From assembly GCF_009914755.1 (NCBI RefSeq), contig NC_060930.1: a stretch of 64,000 nt of DNA; one strand, written 5' to 3'. Below the pieces are notes generated by a model that saw only the letters and a list, made by a program, of their open reading frames with translations, had not been told where the DNA came from and made no database searches. Every line of letters begins with the position of its first letter. Position 1 is the stretch's first letter. The position numbers and the translations under genes were made by a program. Shown here in pieces: positions 1 to 15,579 of this stretch. This DNA comes from the human T2T-CHM13v2.0 reference genome, Homo sapiens.

Positions 1-1840
1 TCTTTCCTGGAAAAAATGTGATTCTTCTTAAAGAGCTTCATGCTACTGTCATAATATTCAGGACTTAAGAAACAAGCTTTCCATTTGGTAGCAATATGAC
101 TGCCATATGGTAACAACATGACTCACTCACTGCCATGGCTGCCAGTCAATAAGCATTTGTTGGGTGTTTCCCATGCTCATTCTCCTCCTACAGCACATTG
201 CTGTGGGGATGCAAAAGCAGCATAATCTTACACCAGTTCTCAAGGAACTACAAGGCTGTGTATGATTAATCCTTTCTTGGTACATATTAGTAAGTTATGT
301 AGGAGTTGGGGGTAGGAGAAGGCAATTTCCTGGGAAGTTCCACGAAATGTTTTGTGAAGGTAGTACTTATAACAAGAATGAGGAAAAGGCATGAGGAAAT
401 GTGACAGATTAGGTAAGTAGAGTAGTATTAGAATAGTGATGAGACTTGAGATGCTAGGCAGAGAAATTTAGTCTTGATATTTAAGGAAGTTGAGAGTCAC
501 CGGAGAGCAGAGTGACCCAGGTATATGAGTATTTAAAGAATATTAATGATTTTTAAGCAAGATGACTGGGGAAGGTTAAAAAAAAGGAAGATTGGAGTGG
601 GAAAATTGTATAATGGCAGCACTGGTTTATAAAAGTAAGGAAGACTGGAAAATGGGAAACATTTATACCCAAGGAATAACAGAGATAAAGCTGGGCTGGT
701 AATTAAAATAAATATAGACAGGGAAGGGGAGCTTGGGAAGGGGAACTAATTTACAGGTAAAAAAAGGAAACTTGAGGTATTAGTGATTCCAAGAGAAGCA
801 ATCCAATAAATAGTTCTAGGTTTCACATCTGAACTCAGCAAAGAGAACAAGACTTTAAAAGTAAATCTAGAAGTCATGGTTCACAGAAACCGTAAGAATG
901 GGTAAGTTTAGCAACAGAGAAAGAACAGAGAATAAACAGAAAACTAAGAGCTGAATGCTGGTAGAAAGCCAGATTTTTGGGGATGGAGAAGGAAGAAGGG
1001 TCAGAATTCAGTAAAAGAAACAGAAAAGGAGTTTTGGTCAGAGCAGCCAAGCCACAGAGGTTAAGGGGAGAAGCCATTTCAGGAAAAGTAGTGTGGTCAA
1101 CATTGTTGAAGAAAATGAGGAAGGAGAAAATGCCCCTGGACTGGGAAAGCTCATTATTGAGACCAGGTTTAAAAAGGGTGATGATGAGAGCCATATTTAA
1201 GAGGAAGTGAGATAGAAATAAAAGAAAATACTATTTGTGAAAAACGGGTGCTAAAAGACAGGATTGGATTGGAACCTGATCAGGTGAAAAAAAGATCTGA
1301 GGATGTCAAAAGACTCAGAGGAAAGAGACAGTGGATAGCAAATGGAGATAGTGAGAAGGAAATGGATGAGTATAAAGTTCCTTAAGGCATGAATGGATGT
1401 GATCACAAGGTCAATTTGAAGAGTTATTTTTGAAAAGAGGACCTTTTCCTTTTAGACTGCCAACTAGCTTTAACAATAACTGTTTTCTGAAAGCAATCTG
1501 TCTATAGCAATAATAAACTATGACATTCCTTTGCTAGAAGAGCCCAAAGAGTCAGCTTATTAATACCATTTGGGTACATGCCAAAAGGCAAGACTGGCGA
1601 GCCCAAGGACACAATTTGGGTTGACACAGATGTTCAGGTACATCAGAATTTGGGCCACCAGCAGGTAGAAGACCCTATCCTGAAACAGACACATGCTCAG
1701 CAATATAATATAATTTATTAATATTCACTTATGAATTCAGTTCGGGGTCAAACTAATTATCTGGAGGAAATATATCGTATAATTTTTCTATTTTTATCTT
1801 TTTATTTTTACAAATATTTATAAATAATTTAACATTTTAC

Positions 1841-2475
1841 CTTCTCATGGAGTTTTCAAATTGATTCATCACTGCTTCAGATTTCATCTTCAGTTCATTC
1901 TTCTCTGAAATTAATCCTTCTAGCTCATTTTTTAATCTGTAGTTTTCTTGTAAAACTTCTGAAACATGGGAATCAGTGAAAGTATGTGGTTGGTACAGCT
2001 TGCTGTCCAGGGTTCCAGGGAAGGAGTTAGCATTTCCTTTACTTGAGTGCAAAACATCTTTCTTTGCCCTTTTGGCAGACATTTCCTCTCTGCCCTTTGA
2101 GTTCTGATTTGATAGCATCATTCTTCTGTCTTTCTGAAGCCTCTCCACAGTTTTTGAGAGGTCTTGTATTTCTCTCTTTTTTGCAGCCAGTTCTTCATTG
2201 AGTCTTACTAATTTAGCTTTAGCATGAGCCTGTTCCACCTGGAATTCTATAGACTGAAAATCTTCATCATCTTTATCATTTTTCTTGACGTCTAATTCAG
2301 CATTCTGATGTTTAAGAACGTCTATTTCGGCTTCAAGGTTTCTTACAGTGATCTGATGGGCTTCCTTGATGTCATCAAGTTCCTTCTCTAGGGCTTTAAT
2401 TCTGGGAGAGTCATGTTGATTCAATTTGCAGGCAAGTAGCTGCTCCTGCTGCTCTAGTCTTTGTTCATACTGAAT
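1841..2475 (-). CDS. CEP162: CEP162 exon (~23), 635 nt, IQYEQRLEQQ...FENSMR(R)
   Basis: Within ORF 1837..2523; ttcttCAG-type acceptor, AAG|GTAAA donor. Confidence 0.95.
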
Positions 2476-3610
2476 CTGAAGGAAAGAATCCATGTAATGC
2501 CAAACACCTGTTAAACGTTTCATTAGTTGCTGAAGCCCTGCACACTACTGGGTCCTACCTAATCCTTTATTCAGGTACTCATTATACATTCTGATGTCTA
2601 CAATTCTGTTTCTTGAGTGAGTCAAATGTATTGAAGTCCTAGTCTTTCAGGGCATAACATTATATATTCTTGATATATGTTATGTTATTTAATAATTGAT
2701 ATGTTGCTTCATAACTATTAACTTACATATGTTCTTACACACTCCAAAATTTATTTTAAATCTCACAATAAAACCTATTATTATGCAGTCTTCTCCATGC
2801 AAACTGTCAACACACTCTTCGAGGATAAACAGTAAAGCAACTGGGGGCACTGAAGTCTTCGGGAAACAGCACATTTTCAACCTTCTAACATCAATTTATT
2901 ACTTTCATAGAGAGTAAAATGGCCTGGAATTTGTATACTGGAGCTTTAATATTTTGTTTAGTATTCAGCAAATGAAATAAATAATTTCTCCTACGGAGGG
3001 AGGCACGAGCAGTGTTTGCTCATTCATTCAATGGATATTTACCAAGTTATGACCTTATGCCAAGCAACATGCAGGTTCTAGCAACAAAAAGACTCAGTTA
3101 TTATTTTCAAATAGCTCACAGCTTGGTGAGGAGAGCAACATGGCAGCAGCTACAACGTCCCACAAGTAAAATAATGGGCCTGTGAACATAGTGCAGTGAG
3201 TGCAGAGGAGGCGACGCTGCCCTAAGTGTCTGGAGGCTTGACAGAAGGTGGGAAGACTGCACAGAGATAGCACATTTATGTTCGGTCTTGAGAGATGACT
3301 GTTAATTTGGGGTTAGGTGGAGTCAGGGATGTTTTGGAAGTAGGAAGAGCATATGCAAAGCTGGCTGAATGTTTGGTATATACAGGGAATCAGAAATGAA
3401 AGGGGGAAGAGACAAGTAGTAAGCAAAGGCAGGAGTGGGATGGGGCAGGGGGCTGCAAAAAGAAACAAGTTAGGGTGTTTAGATTTAGATACATAAAAGT
3501 GCAGTAGCGGGTTGGAGTTTACACCTGACAGTCTTATTTAGTTGGTGGAACACTAATAATAATTATAATCATTAATTGTTTGCTAGACTCCAGACATGTT
3601 ATCAGGGATA

Positions 3611-3626
3611 TCTATCTATCTATCTA

Positions 3627-3674
<48 letters not shown>

Positions 3675-3705
3675 CCTATCTATCTATCTATCTATGTATC
3701 TATCT
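3611..3705. repeat. Compound tetranucleotide microsatellite (TATC)n(TGTC)n(TATC)n
   Basis: Directly visible. Confidence 0.95.
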
Positions 3706-4593
3706 GTAAAACAGGGTGGAATAGAAGAAACCCAACCTCCTTGATGTGACCTTAATTAACAGGCCACTGTATTTCCAGGTTATCAACCTTCTACTGTTTC
3801 TGGAATCTAATGTTCTGTCATTTGTTGCTTTTCTCGGGATATAAATATGTGGGAAATGAAATGAGCTTCCTAGAACATCTCAGCTCCTTCATCTGCAAAA
3901 TAGTGTTAACAGTATCTACTCCTCACAGGTGTTTGGAAGGATTATGCAAGATGAACAGAGATATTTATGAAAGTATCTAGCATGAATTCCTGACAGACAC
4001 GTGCTCAACAAATTTTTAAAAATAATCTATAACTGTTATTTGTCTACAAAATTTTTTTTAAAGTAAATTAAATATGTCCTGTTTCATACTTGGTCTGTTC
4101 TAGCACTTGTATTTTCTGATTCATTCCTGTTTCACAAAATAATGGAAAACTCAGAAAGTAAGACATTTCTGGAAGATGCTCCCCTACCCGCTGTTCCTAA
4201 AATGTATACTTCTGTCTTATTCCCTTACCCTTCTCTAGATAAATTTCAGTGAAAATATTTTCAAACATGGTAATTTCTTTTTTCCTTTTGTACTGGATAC
4301 ATATCAGGTGTGTTTTATTCTGCTTTTTCATGACTTAATTTCCACTAATTCTCATATTGAGAGAGATGATGTAAAGATTATCCTGTGCTTGATTACTCTG
4401 TCAGAAATAGAAAAGTTGCTGAAAGACGACACCAAAATAGGATGCACTTGGTTTCTTTTGCACCTATTGATACCAGTGGTAAAGGTTTCATGGGAAAGAA
4501 TGTTTATAGCTATTTGTTAAAGTGAGATCCTAAGAAGTGCCTGCCCCCATTGTTCATCTCTGACCTTTATCTCTGAGGCTACTTACCACTTAC

Positions 4594-4806
4594 CTTCATT
4601 TTCTGAAACTGTTGTTCCATGGTACGAAGGCTTTTCTTTGCATCTTCATCTTTGCCCTCCAGATCAGCTTCTAGCTTTTTTATCCTTTTCTCCATAAATT
4701 CCACTGTATTTTTATCCACTGTATCACCAGCTGCTGATGCAGCCAATATTAAAGCAGGTAAAGAATTGGGATATCTTCTCTTCAGAATCCCTTCCATTTC
4801 CTTAAC
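4594..4806 (-). CDS. CEP162: CEP162 exon (~22), 213 nt, VKEMEGILKR...QQFQKMK
   Basis: Overlaps ORF 4579..4797; taaTAG acceptor, AAG|GTAAGT donor. Confidence 0.94.
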
Positions 4807-4836
4807 CTATTAAAACATATTTTCCACCAAAGAACA

Positions 4837-6039
4837 CTTAGATTTAATAAATGAATTCAGTAAAGTTTCAGGATACAATCTACAGAAATCTCTGTATACA
4901 GTAGCATTTCTATATACCAATAACAATCTTGCTGAGGACCAAATCAAGAACTACCTAGGAATATATTTAACCAAGAAGGTGAAGGATGTTTGCCAGGAGA
5001 ACTACAAACACTGATAAAGAAAACCGTGACACAAACAAATAGAAAAACATCCCATGTGCATAGACTGGAAGGATTAGTGTAGTTAAAATGACCATACTGC
5101 CTAAAGCAATCTACAAATTCAATTCAATCCCTATCAAATTACCAAAGTCATTTTTCACAGAATTAGAAAAACCAATCCTACAATTCATACGGAACCAAAA
5201 AAGAGGCTGAATAGCCAAAGCAATCCTAAGCAAAAAGAACAAAGCTGGAGGTATCACACTACCTGACTTCAAATTGTACTACGAGGCTATAGCAGCCAAA
5301 ACAGCACAGTACTGATAAAAATAGACACATAGATCAATGGAACAGAATAGAGAACCCAAAAATTAAGCCACATGCCTACAATCAACTGATCTTGGACAAA
5401 GTCACCAAAAAAATACACTAGGGAAAGGACACCCTATTCAATAAATGGTGCTGGGAAAAATGGATTGTCATGTGCAAAAGAATGAAACTGAACTCACACC
5501 TCTCACTTTATACAAAAATAAACTCAAGATGCTTTAAAGATCTAAGACCTGAAACTATAAAAATCCTAGAAAAAATTCTAAGAAAAACACTTTTGAACAC
5601 TGGCCCAGGCAAAGGATTTATGACCAAGTCTCCAAAAGCAAATGCAACAAAACCAAAAATAAACAAATGGGACTTAATTAAATAACCCCATTAAAAAGTG
5701 GGCAAAGGACACGAACACACATTTTTCAAAAGACATACAAGTGGCCAAAAAATATGAAAAAATGCTCAACCTCACTAATCACCAAATAAATGCAAATTAA
5801 AACCACAATGAGGTACCATCTTACTCCAGTCATAAGGGTTATTATTAGAAAGTTAATAAACAGCAGACGTTAGCGAGGATGTGGAGAAAAGGGAACACGT
5901 GTACACTGTTGGTGGGAGTATAAATTAGTAAAACCATTATGGAAAACAGTGTGGAGATTTCTTAAGACCTAAAAAGAGAACCACTTGATCCAGCAATTCC
6001 ACTACTAGGATTGAAAGGAAAATAAATCGTATCAAAAAG

Positions 6040-6076
<37 letters not shown>

Positions 6077-6418
6077 ATTCATCCATAGAAGAGAATAAAA
6101 GCATGTTTTGAAGCAACATGGATGGAACTGGAGGCCATTATCCCAAGTGAAATAACTCAGAAAGTAAAACTCCACATGTTCTCACTTGAAAGTGGGAGCT
6201 AAACAATGTACACACATGTATATACAGACTGGAATAACAGACACTGGAGACTACAAAAGGTGGCAGGGTGGGAGGGGGTGAGGGCTAAAAAATTACCTAC
6301 CAGGTACAGTGTTCATTATTTGGGTAGTGGCTACACTAAAAGGCCAGACTTCACCACTATGCAATATATGCCTGCAAGAAATCTGCAATTGTACCCCCTA
6401 AATCTATAAAAATAAAAC
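4837..6418 (+). mobile_element. Old 5'-truncated L1 (L1PB/L1MA-like) with internal deletions and a (CA)n at 6041-6075
   Basis: Degenerate ORF2 C-terminal similarity (KINKWDLIK), older-type 3' UTR and A-rich tail. Confidence 0.88.
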
Positions 6419-6685
6419 AGTAAAATTTTTGAAACATATATATGGTCACAAATATATGTAAAATAAAGCAATTTAATGCATAAACTTAGATTATGCTACA
6501 CTTGTCAATATTTCGGAGATATTTATAGCATGTCTCCAGATTGAATCGAATGCACAGAAGCACAAATTAATTTCACATTTTACATCCCTAGATTATCTGA
6601 TGAAAAAATCTTAAAGTATATTGTCTAATTACCTATGGGTTTATTTACAGAAATTCTCTTAAATTCATTAGAAATATATCTTCAG

Positions 6686-6991
<306 letters not shown>

Positions 6992-7499
6992 TCAATTAGT
7001 AATAACCAGTCCTCTTGAGTACAAAGCTCTCTCCTCTTTTTTCCAGACTCCCTCATATGATAGTGCTTCTACACTCTACTGACTGAAAAATTACTTATAT
7101 GCACATGAGTGTGTAAACTTTTTGCAATAAACATTCAGCTTCCTAAGCACCTGACTCTGCCGGAAGCTCTACTCCACTCCAATCCTCTGGTCCAAATAAA
7201 GTTTAATCTACTTTAAAATGATTTCTTTTAATTGGAAAGCAAGGAGGATTAGATAACATTTAATGAAGTCTTCATAAAGGACTGGATACTTTTCATTTAA
7301 TATAAAAAACAATGACATATTATATAATGAAAGAAACACACCAGGGTCCACAGAAATGACAGCTTATTATATATGCCTGTCTATATACCTGCTTTTTAAA
7401 ACTATTATGGTGAAGATATCTTTGAAAAACATACAAACACTAAATTCTTTGTTGAACTGTTTTCTAGCCTATGAGCATGCAACAAAATAGTGCCTGAGA

Positions 7500-7730
7500 G
7501 GCAGTCTAGTGTCAGTTAAGAGCATATTTGGGTTAGACTGTGCCACCAGCTTTAGGACCTTGTGTCAACTAATCCCTCAGTTTAAATCTCTCTTGTCTCA
7601 TGGGTAAGATGGGAATGGTAACAGTAGCAATTTCAAAGGGTTGATATAATTGAGGATCAAATGACTTTCATCTTGTTAAGCACTTAAGAGTGCCCAGCAT
7701 ATAGTGAGGGCTTGGTAAGTGTTGGCTTTT
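7500..7730 (+). mobile_element. MIR
   Basis: Diverged MIR core motifs. Confidence 0.6.
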
Positions 7731-8802
7731 ATGATGATTTCATCTCCTAAGGCAAGATGGTTTGCTGGTGCTCAAAATCCTGTTCATATTAGGTATTTAA
7801 GGGGCATATGATTTACATAGTTAATATAAATATTTACACTTGTGAAAACTGCTTGCACATTTATTGATATATCATAAATTGGGATATATCCATCTACAAA
7901 TATTAGTCATTTCTTTCACCCGAAAAATTCAAAGCTTTGTTTCCTCTGATACTAGTTAACTGAGTTAGTTGTAGGTATATGAAAATACATGTATACATAC
8001 CAACACTAAATATAGTAAAAAGAGAACTAGGTTTTATAAATGTAACATTTTAAATTAATGTATTCATTTAAAAATTAAATATTTTCAATCTGATTTTGAT
8101 ATCTTGAAATATATACTGTATTTTTTGGGAAAAATGAGATTTTATTTGTATCTTCTTTAATTTTGCTTTTTAATATTATTCTTTGGTCAAAAATATCAGT
8201 CTGGTATACAAAGTAAATTTTTTTTAACTCTCATTGCAAATCAAACCATGAAATATTCCATTAAATAAAAAAAGCACAAACACAATCTAAAATTTTCATT
8301 ACAATATGCATCTAATTAGCCCCATTTTTACTTATATTCTATTTAAAAATAGATAATTTATAATTAGTCTATTTAAGAATAGACTAATTATAATTATTCT
8401 GAATATATTGTGATATACCTTGATTAAAAAATATGTATTAAGTTTTAAAATATCAGGATAGAAATGCTCATGGAAACTAAATAAATACAATCTGAAATGT
8501 ATATGCAGCAATCCAACTATATAGATAACTATTTTAGAAAAATATAAGATGATGAACTGTTTAATAAAAGTATTAATACAAAAGGGAGGTTACTTTTATA
8601 AAGTGGTATATCTCTTGCCAATATGGATTCAATTCTACATAATTTCTCTTAAAATAAGTTATCTAATAAAGAAGTAGCTCCTTTGGTCTTTTTTCTCTCC
8701 CACTTCTGGATGGCTTCTTAGATTAGCTAATCTAAGTCTTTAGCACTAAAGAAAATCCAAGCAATGCTGGACTATACTTACTTCAGAATATTTCTAGTTC
8801 TT

Positions 8803-8814
8803 TTTTAAAATTAA

Positions 8815-8878
<64 letters not shown>

Positions 8879-9176
8879 AGATGGAGTTTTGCTCCATCAC
8901 CCAGGCTGAGGTACAGTGGCATGATCTTGGCTCATTCCAACTTCTACCTCCCAGGTTCAAGTGATTCTCTTGCCTCACCCTCCCAAGTAGCTAGGATTAC
9001 AGGTGTGCACCACCAAGCCCAGCTAAAACCATGCCTGGCTAATTTTTCTATTTTTTAGCAGAGAGAGGGTTTCACCATGTTGGCCACCCTGGTCTTGAAC
9101 TCCTAGCTTCATGTGATTCTCCTGCCTCTGCCTCCCAAAGTGCTGGGATTACAGGCGTGAGCCACCGCGCCTGGCC
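8803..9176 (-). mobile_element. AluS with (TA)n-expanded tail, TSD aatatttctagttctt
   Basis: TSD at 8787-8802 and 9178-9193. Confidence 0.95.
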
Positions 9177-10106
9177 AAATATTTCTAGTTCTTCATACCA
9201 CATTTGGCTGATCCTTTCTTGGCCCTGACCCAATCTACTCAGTCATACCTTTTAATATAAAAATAGGTCTTGTAAAAGTAATAAAGTTAATTCTTTGCTT
9301 AGTTTTCCTTCTTCTCATAAAACTGGGATAATATTCAGCCCAGTAATGACCTCACAGTTTCGGATTCATGATGGAATAATACCCATATGTCTAAGTACCA
9401 TGACTTGACTACAGAATCATGTTCCCTTATGAACAAGGCTGGCAATTCATATTTTGTTTTAAAATATTTAGTTATGAATATAAATGCTATATTACAGTGT
9501 TTTAAAAACAGAAGGAAAAAAATAACAATCTTGCTTCCTAAAACAAATACTTAAATAAAAAAATCTTTATTTTAATAAGCTTCACTTTATGATTAAAGGT
9601 CTCCCACACTGACCACAAAATGAGTATTTCTAAGCCTGAATGGTAAGAAAGAGCTCAAGATAATGGCCAGCTCTTTGGGAAGCTGAATGTTTTGTTTATA
9701 GGGTGTTTTGTAACATTTCCCAAGCATTACCAGCATGTTCCCAACTCAGGGATCTCCCTCCTGTACTCCTCTCTCAGCTGTCTACGGTCAGGAAGAGAAA
9801 TCCTAACTCTATATCCAGAGTTCCAAAATTCTACTTCCTTCTTCCTAGATGTCTAATAGAGCTAGGGTACCAAATAACCTTTATCAACAGGTCTACCATC
9901 TTACGAATGAGGCACATTAGTCTAAAAATTATGTAATTATAAAGCTGTAGGTATATAAAATGATGTTATTACTTTTACTAATGTAAATACTTTAAAACAA
10001 AAATTTCCAGGTCAACTCCATCTCATGGGAACTCCTGAAACAAAAGAGAAAACCAAAATGCACTATATATAAAATATGCTCATGAAAATTTACCCTGAAC
10101 ACATAC

Positions 10107-10211
10107 TTGTCGCTCCAGATCCTGAATTTTTTTGGCATCTGCTGCTTTATCTTTTAAGCGTATCTTCTGCCGAATAGATGGATTCCCAGATTCAGCTTTC
10201 AGTTTCTCAAT
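10107..10211 (-). CDS. CEP162: CEP162 exon (~21), 105 nt, IEKLKAESGN...IQDLERQ
   Basis: tgaCAG acceptor, CAA|GTATGT donor. Confidence 0.93.
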
Positions 10212-10289
10212 CTGTCAATAAATAAATAACATGTTAAGAAGCATATGTAAACATAACAGAAAAGCTCCAAGGGGAAAGCATAATATTAG

Positions 10290-10880
10290 TGCACTCATAC
10301 ATTTATTAATTCCTCAGCAAAATTTGGGGAATTAATTCCTCAAATTCTTTGAGCTCCTCCCAAGTTCCAGGCACTTCCTAGATCTGGCAGGAGATATGGA
10401 GGGCAAACAAGACAAACTAAGTCCCTGCTCCCAAGATGCTTATGCTCTAGTAGAGGGAGAGAGTTGATAAGCTAATAAATAAAGTAAATCAAAGGGAAAA
10501 TGAAATAACTTCAGAGTGGTAAGGGCTAAGAAGAAAATAAAACAGAGTGAAGGGATAGGAACAAAGAACCAGAAGTTGAGGGATTGGCAGCTACATTAGG
10601 AAAGGGAGTCAGGAAACGTCTTTTCTAGAGAGTAGATATTTGAGCCAAGAGGAACAAGGAGTACGAGTGAGACAAAAAAGAACTAAAGCTAGAGTATTCC
10701 AGGCCAAGAAAACAAGTGGAATGAGTCCAGCATGTTCAAGAATCAGAGGAGCTCTGATGTGGCTGGAGAAGAGTGACTCAGGGGAGTGTGGTACCTGATG
10801 ACACTGAAGAGGCAGGCAGGGTTTGGACCCCATGGGGGCCTGACAGGTTGTGATAAGGAGCTTATATTTATTCTCAGTCT
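10290..10880 (-). mobile_element. L2 fragment
   Basis: Diverged L2 3' motifs (purine-rich on + strand). Confidence 0.6.
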
Positions 10881-11040
10881 AATTTAAAATAGACTATATA
10901 TCTAAAAGCAAACCACCGATCTTAATTAATAGTTCAGATCTTAATTAATTAATGATGCAATGACAAAAGGTTATGTACAACAGATATTACGGACAAAAGG
11001 ATTCATCTAGAGAAGAAATACATTCTGAAATATCTATTAC

Positions 11041-11204
11041 CTCAAGTTTGAGCTTCTCAATTTCCTCATTTGCTTCTCTAAGCCGAAGTGCATCTTTATC
11101 CAGAAGTTCCTGATTTTCAGCATACCACTGTAATCTTTTTTGCAGACGACTGATTTCTTGTTTATGTGTTTCTTCTAAAATTTTTATTTCATATAATTTC
11201 TCAC
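11041..11204 (-). CDS. CEP162: CEP162 exon (~20), 164 nt, EKLYEIKILE...IEKLKLE
   Basis: Within ORF 10987..11298; cttaTAG acceptor, GAG|GTAAT donor. Confidence 0.94.
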
Positions 11205-12438
11205 CTATAAGATACAGTAACTCAATAACCTGCTTGTTGTTCTCCAAAATATGGAAATAAACTAAATTAAAAGATTTTAAATGAAAACCAATGCCCATCT
11301 AATGACAGCATTATGAAAAAATAAGAAGCATAAAACAACTGATGTATACAACATAGTGTCTAGCTTAATCTATTAGTCAAAGGAAATAAGAGATTGTGTT
11401 TATAATCCAAATTGTCAACCTTATATAGCAAAGTTGGCTATGTAGAAATTTTTGATAAATTATTTTCCACTAACCTTTTTAAAATTATAAAAGTAAAGTT
11501 GTTTCCATGGGAAAATAAATGTTGGATTTAAGAAATAATAAAAATGAAGAACGCCCATAATTATACTAAAAAGTAACAACGACAAACATTCAGGAGTGCT
11601 TATTACCATTTATTATGTTATTTACTACAACAAACTTTTACAGTGGATACTACTATTATTGTTGTTACTCTATATTTTACGGAAAAGGGAAGCAAATGTC
11701 ATTTTCTTACAAACAGGTCAGAATGGATTTCTCTGCACATATCTTACACTGAAGCTCATAATACTGCAGAGGAAAGATCCTATCTTTTGCAAACAAGGGC
11801 TCCTCTGATCTAACTTTCTATCCCTGTGTTCTGCCACTCTAAGTTATAGAACATACTTCTGCAGCCTCTCTCCATCCCTTCACTTTCAAATTTTACTACC
11901 TGTCAAGGCCCAGCTCAAATGCCACTCTGCCACGAAACCCTCATTTGGTATCCCAATTCCTCTCATGTTTGTTTGTAATTTTTTCTTACATTATGAGTAT
12001 TCTTACCTTACTCCCCTTGGTTTTCGTAGTAGGGACCATGCCACATTTATCTATGTGTTCTTTATAAAACCCAGTGCACTACTATTTATTCACTTGGCAA
12101 ATACACAACAGCCTACAAAGTTTCAGACCCAGGGAAAAGAAGACAGGCCTTGCCCTCAGGAAGGTCACAGTCTAGCTAGGATGACAGATTTATGAACGAC
12201 CAAACATAAATGCCATGAATCCAAAATAATTCTTGATTTTCTCTTGTCTTGCAGTTATTCCTGTTAAACCCAATCAAATTCACACATCTTTTAATAACTA
12301 ATTTTAAAAAATGTTTCTAAAATTACAATATACTTCAAGGAGTAGCATTTTGATTATACCATTCAATTTCTATTACTTAAATTCAACATTAGAACAGTTA
12401 TGATTATAAAGGTACACTGTTTCAGCTCAGTGTTTTAC

Positions 12439-12565
12439 CTGTGACATAAGCAATCTGATCTTTGGCTTGGTCCCTCTCTTTCTTCATTTTTTCGAAGTCT
12501 ACTTCAAGAGCTTGTTTGTCTTGTTTCAGTCTTTTGATGTCTTCCAATAAACTGTCTTTTTCTTT
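12439..12565 (-). CDS. CEP162: CEP162 exon (~19), 127 nt, KEKDSLLEDI...QIAYVT(G)
   Basis: Within ORF 12422..12652; atcAAG acceptor, CAG|GTAAA donor. Confidence 0.93.
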
Positions 12566-12950
12566 CTTGATATTCAAAAGAAATATAAAAGCAAGTTTTT
12601 TACAACCACAATAAATTGTGGTATAGTCTTTCAAACAATCCATCATGAACACTACGGCAAAATATTTTCTCTAAATTTTAGCTCTGATGTTATTACTACC
12701 ACCTGCCCCACCCCAGAATTTTTAATGGCATGCAATAGCCTATTAAAATCAGTTCTAATTATCTCAACACAGCATTAAAGACCTCTCAATCTATTGTTCT
12801 AACTTCTTCCATATACTAACCATATTGATGACCCATGAATTCTCTTGCTTGGATTACTGTAATAAGCTCTTAACTAGTATGCCTCTTCTACCTCTGGCCC
12901 CTACAGTCTATTCTCACAGCAGCCACATGAATTGCTGTACAGTCAGTTAA

Positions 12951-14185
<1,235 letters not shown>

Positions 14186-15579
14186 AAAACTCTCTGCTGG
14201 CTCCTTGCAGGGTTAACCCAAAGTCCTTACCATGACCTTTAGTGTCATATAACCCAGCTTTACCCATGACTGATCACCTCTTCTATAAATCCCCACCTAT
14301 TCCATTCTAGCCAGAGACCTCCTTGCTGTGTTTTGAACACTCCTACCTCAAGGGGTCTGCACTGTCTCTTCTGCTTGCAGTGCTTTGGGACCCAGATAGC
14401 CAGGCAGTTTCCTCCCTCACTTCATCAGGATTTCTGCTCACATGAAGCCCCAGAAGGCCTTCCTGACCACCTTATCTAAAATAGCAAGCCCCATCCTGGC
14501 CCCCAGGCACACAGTTTCATTTTTTTCTCACAGCACTCATCACCACCTGACATATAAAATGCAGGATTTTATTTTGCCAAACTTTGTATCATAAATGCAT
14601 AAAAAATGCTTGGGACATCAAAAAATAAAAATGGAATTCTCAATATGGACTACATTCTATACTACTCTCAGAGGTCAAAGTGTTGTGCCCCATTCCTCTG
14701 CTTGACAAAAACCGTACTTACCTTTCAAAGCTCACTTCAAGTTAAGCTAAGCTATTCCTGATAACCCCCTCTTCTGTCTCCCACAAACTTCAGTTATACC
14801 TCTAGTATGGCATTTATTATTGTTTCCTATGACACTGATTCATGTATAGGTAACCTCTTCTCTTTATTAGGCTGAAGGCTCTACGGGGACCAACACTGAT
14901 TTAGTACTACTTGTTTACTTTATGGTACTAAGTGCATGGCATGTATTAGATAAATGTACGCTAAACTGAACCTATGAAACTACTGGACTCAACAGCAGTC
15001 AACTTGGTATTTAAGTTTCAAAATGACAAGTTCTTATAAACTCTGTTTTATACTGTCTTACAATTTAAAATTCAGTCTTAGAAAGAAAATAAAAGCATTT
15101 GTAAAGCATTATATAATCTTAGTTTCTAGCTGCATCACAGATTTAACTGCATCATTTCATTGTTTAATCTTCTGTAGATGTCCTTTCAGGAGAGTCCTGA
15201 AACTAAAATTGATCTAAAAGTTGCCGAATGCTCTTTCTGCAAAAACCTGTTGCTTAATTAGTTCAATCAATTTAGAAAAGTTATCTATTAGTGTCTACTT
15301 CATGGAATTACAGTATTTTAGAATTCAAAGAACTGTAAACATCTTAAGTTTAATCATGCCATCAATCAATGGAAGGCTTGCATATTTCCAGGGACAGAGA
15401 ATGCCTACCTTCAAGAAAGTGAGTATGCCTCATGTTAAACCTGTTGGCCAGAGGCTTTTGGCTGACAAGTACTTTCCCTCTCTCATAAGTTACCGTGCAG
15501 ACATTCAGAGAGGCCTCTGCTACTCTTGTCTTTACCCACTTATGCTTCAAAGGCCTCTAGCTTCTGGAAGGTAACAAAC

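Noticed and set aside
2476-2523. N-terminal and C-terminal extensions of exon-containing ORFs in the track
   Set aside because: Intronic read-through past the splice sites; real boundaries were set by GT-AG and phase.
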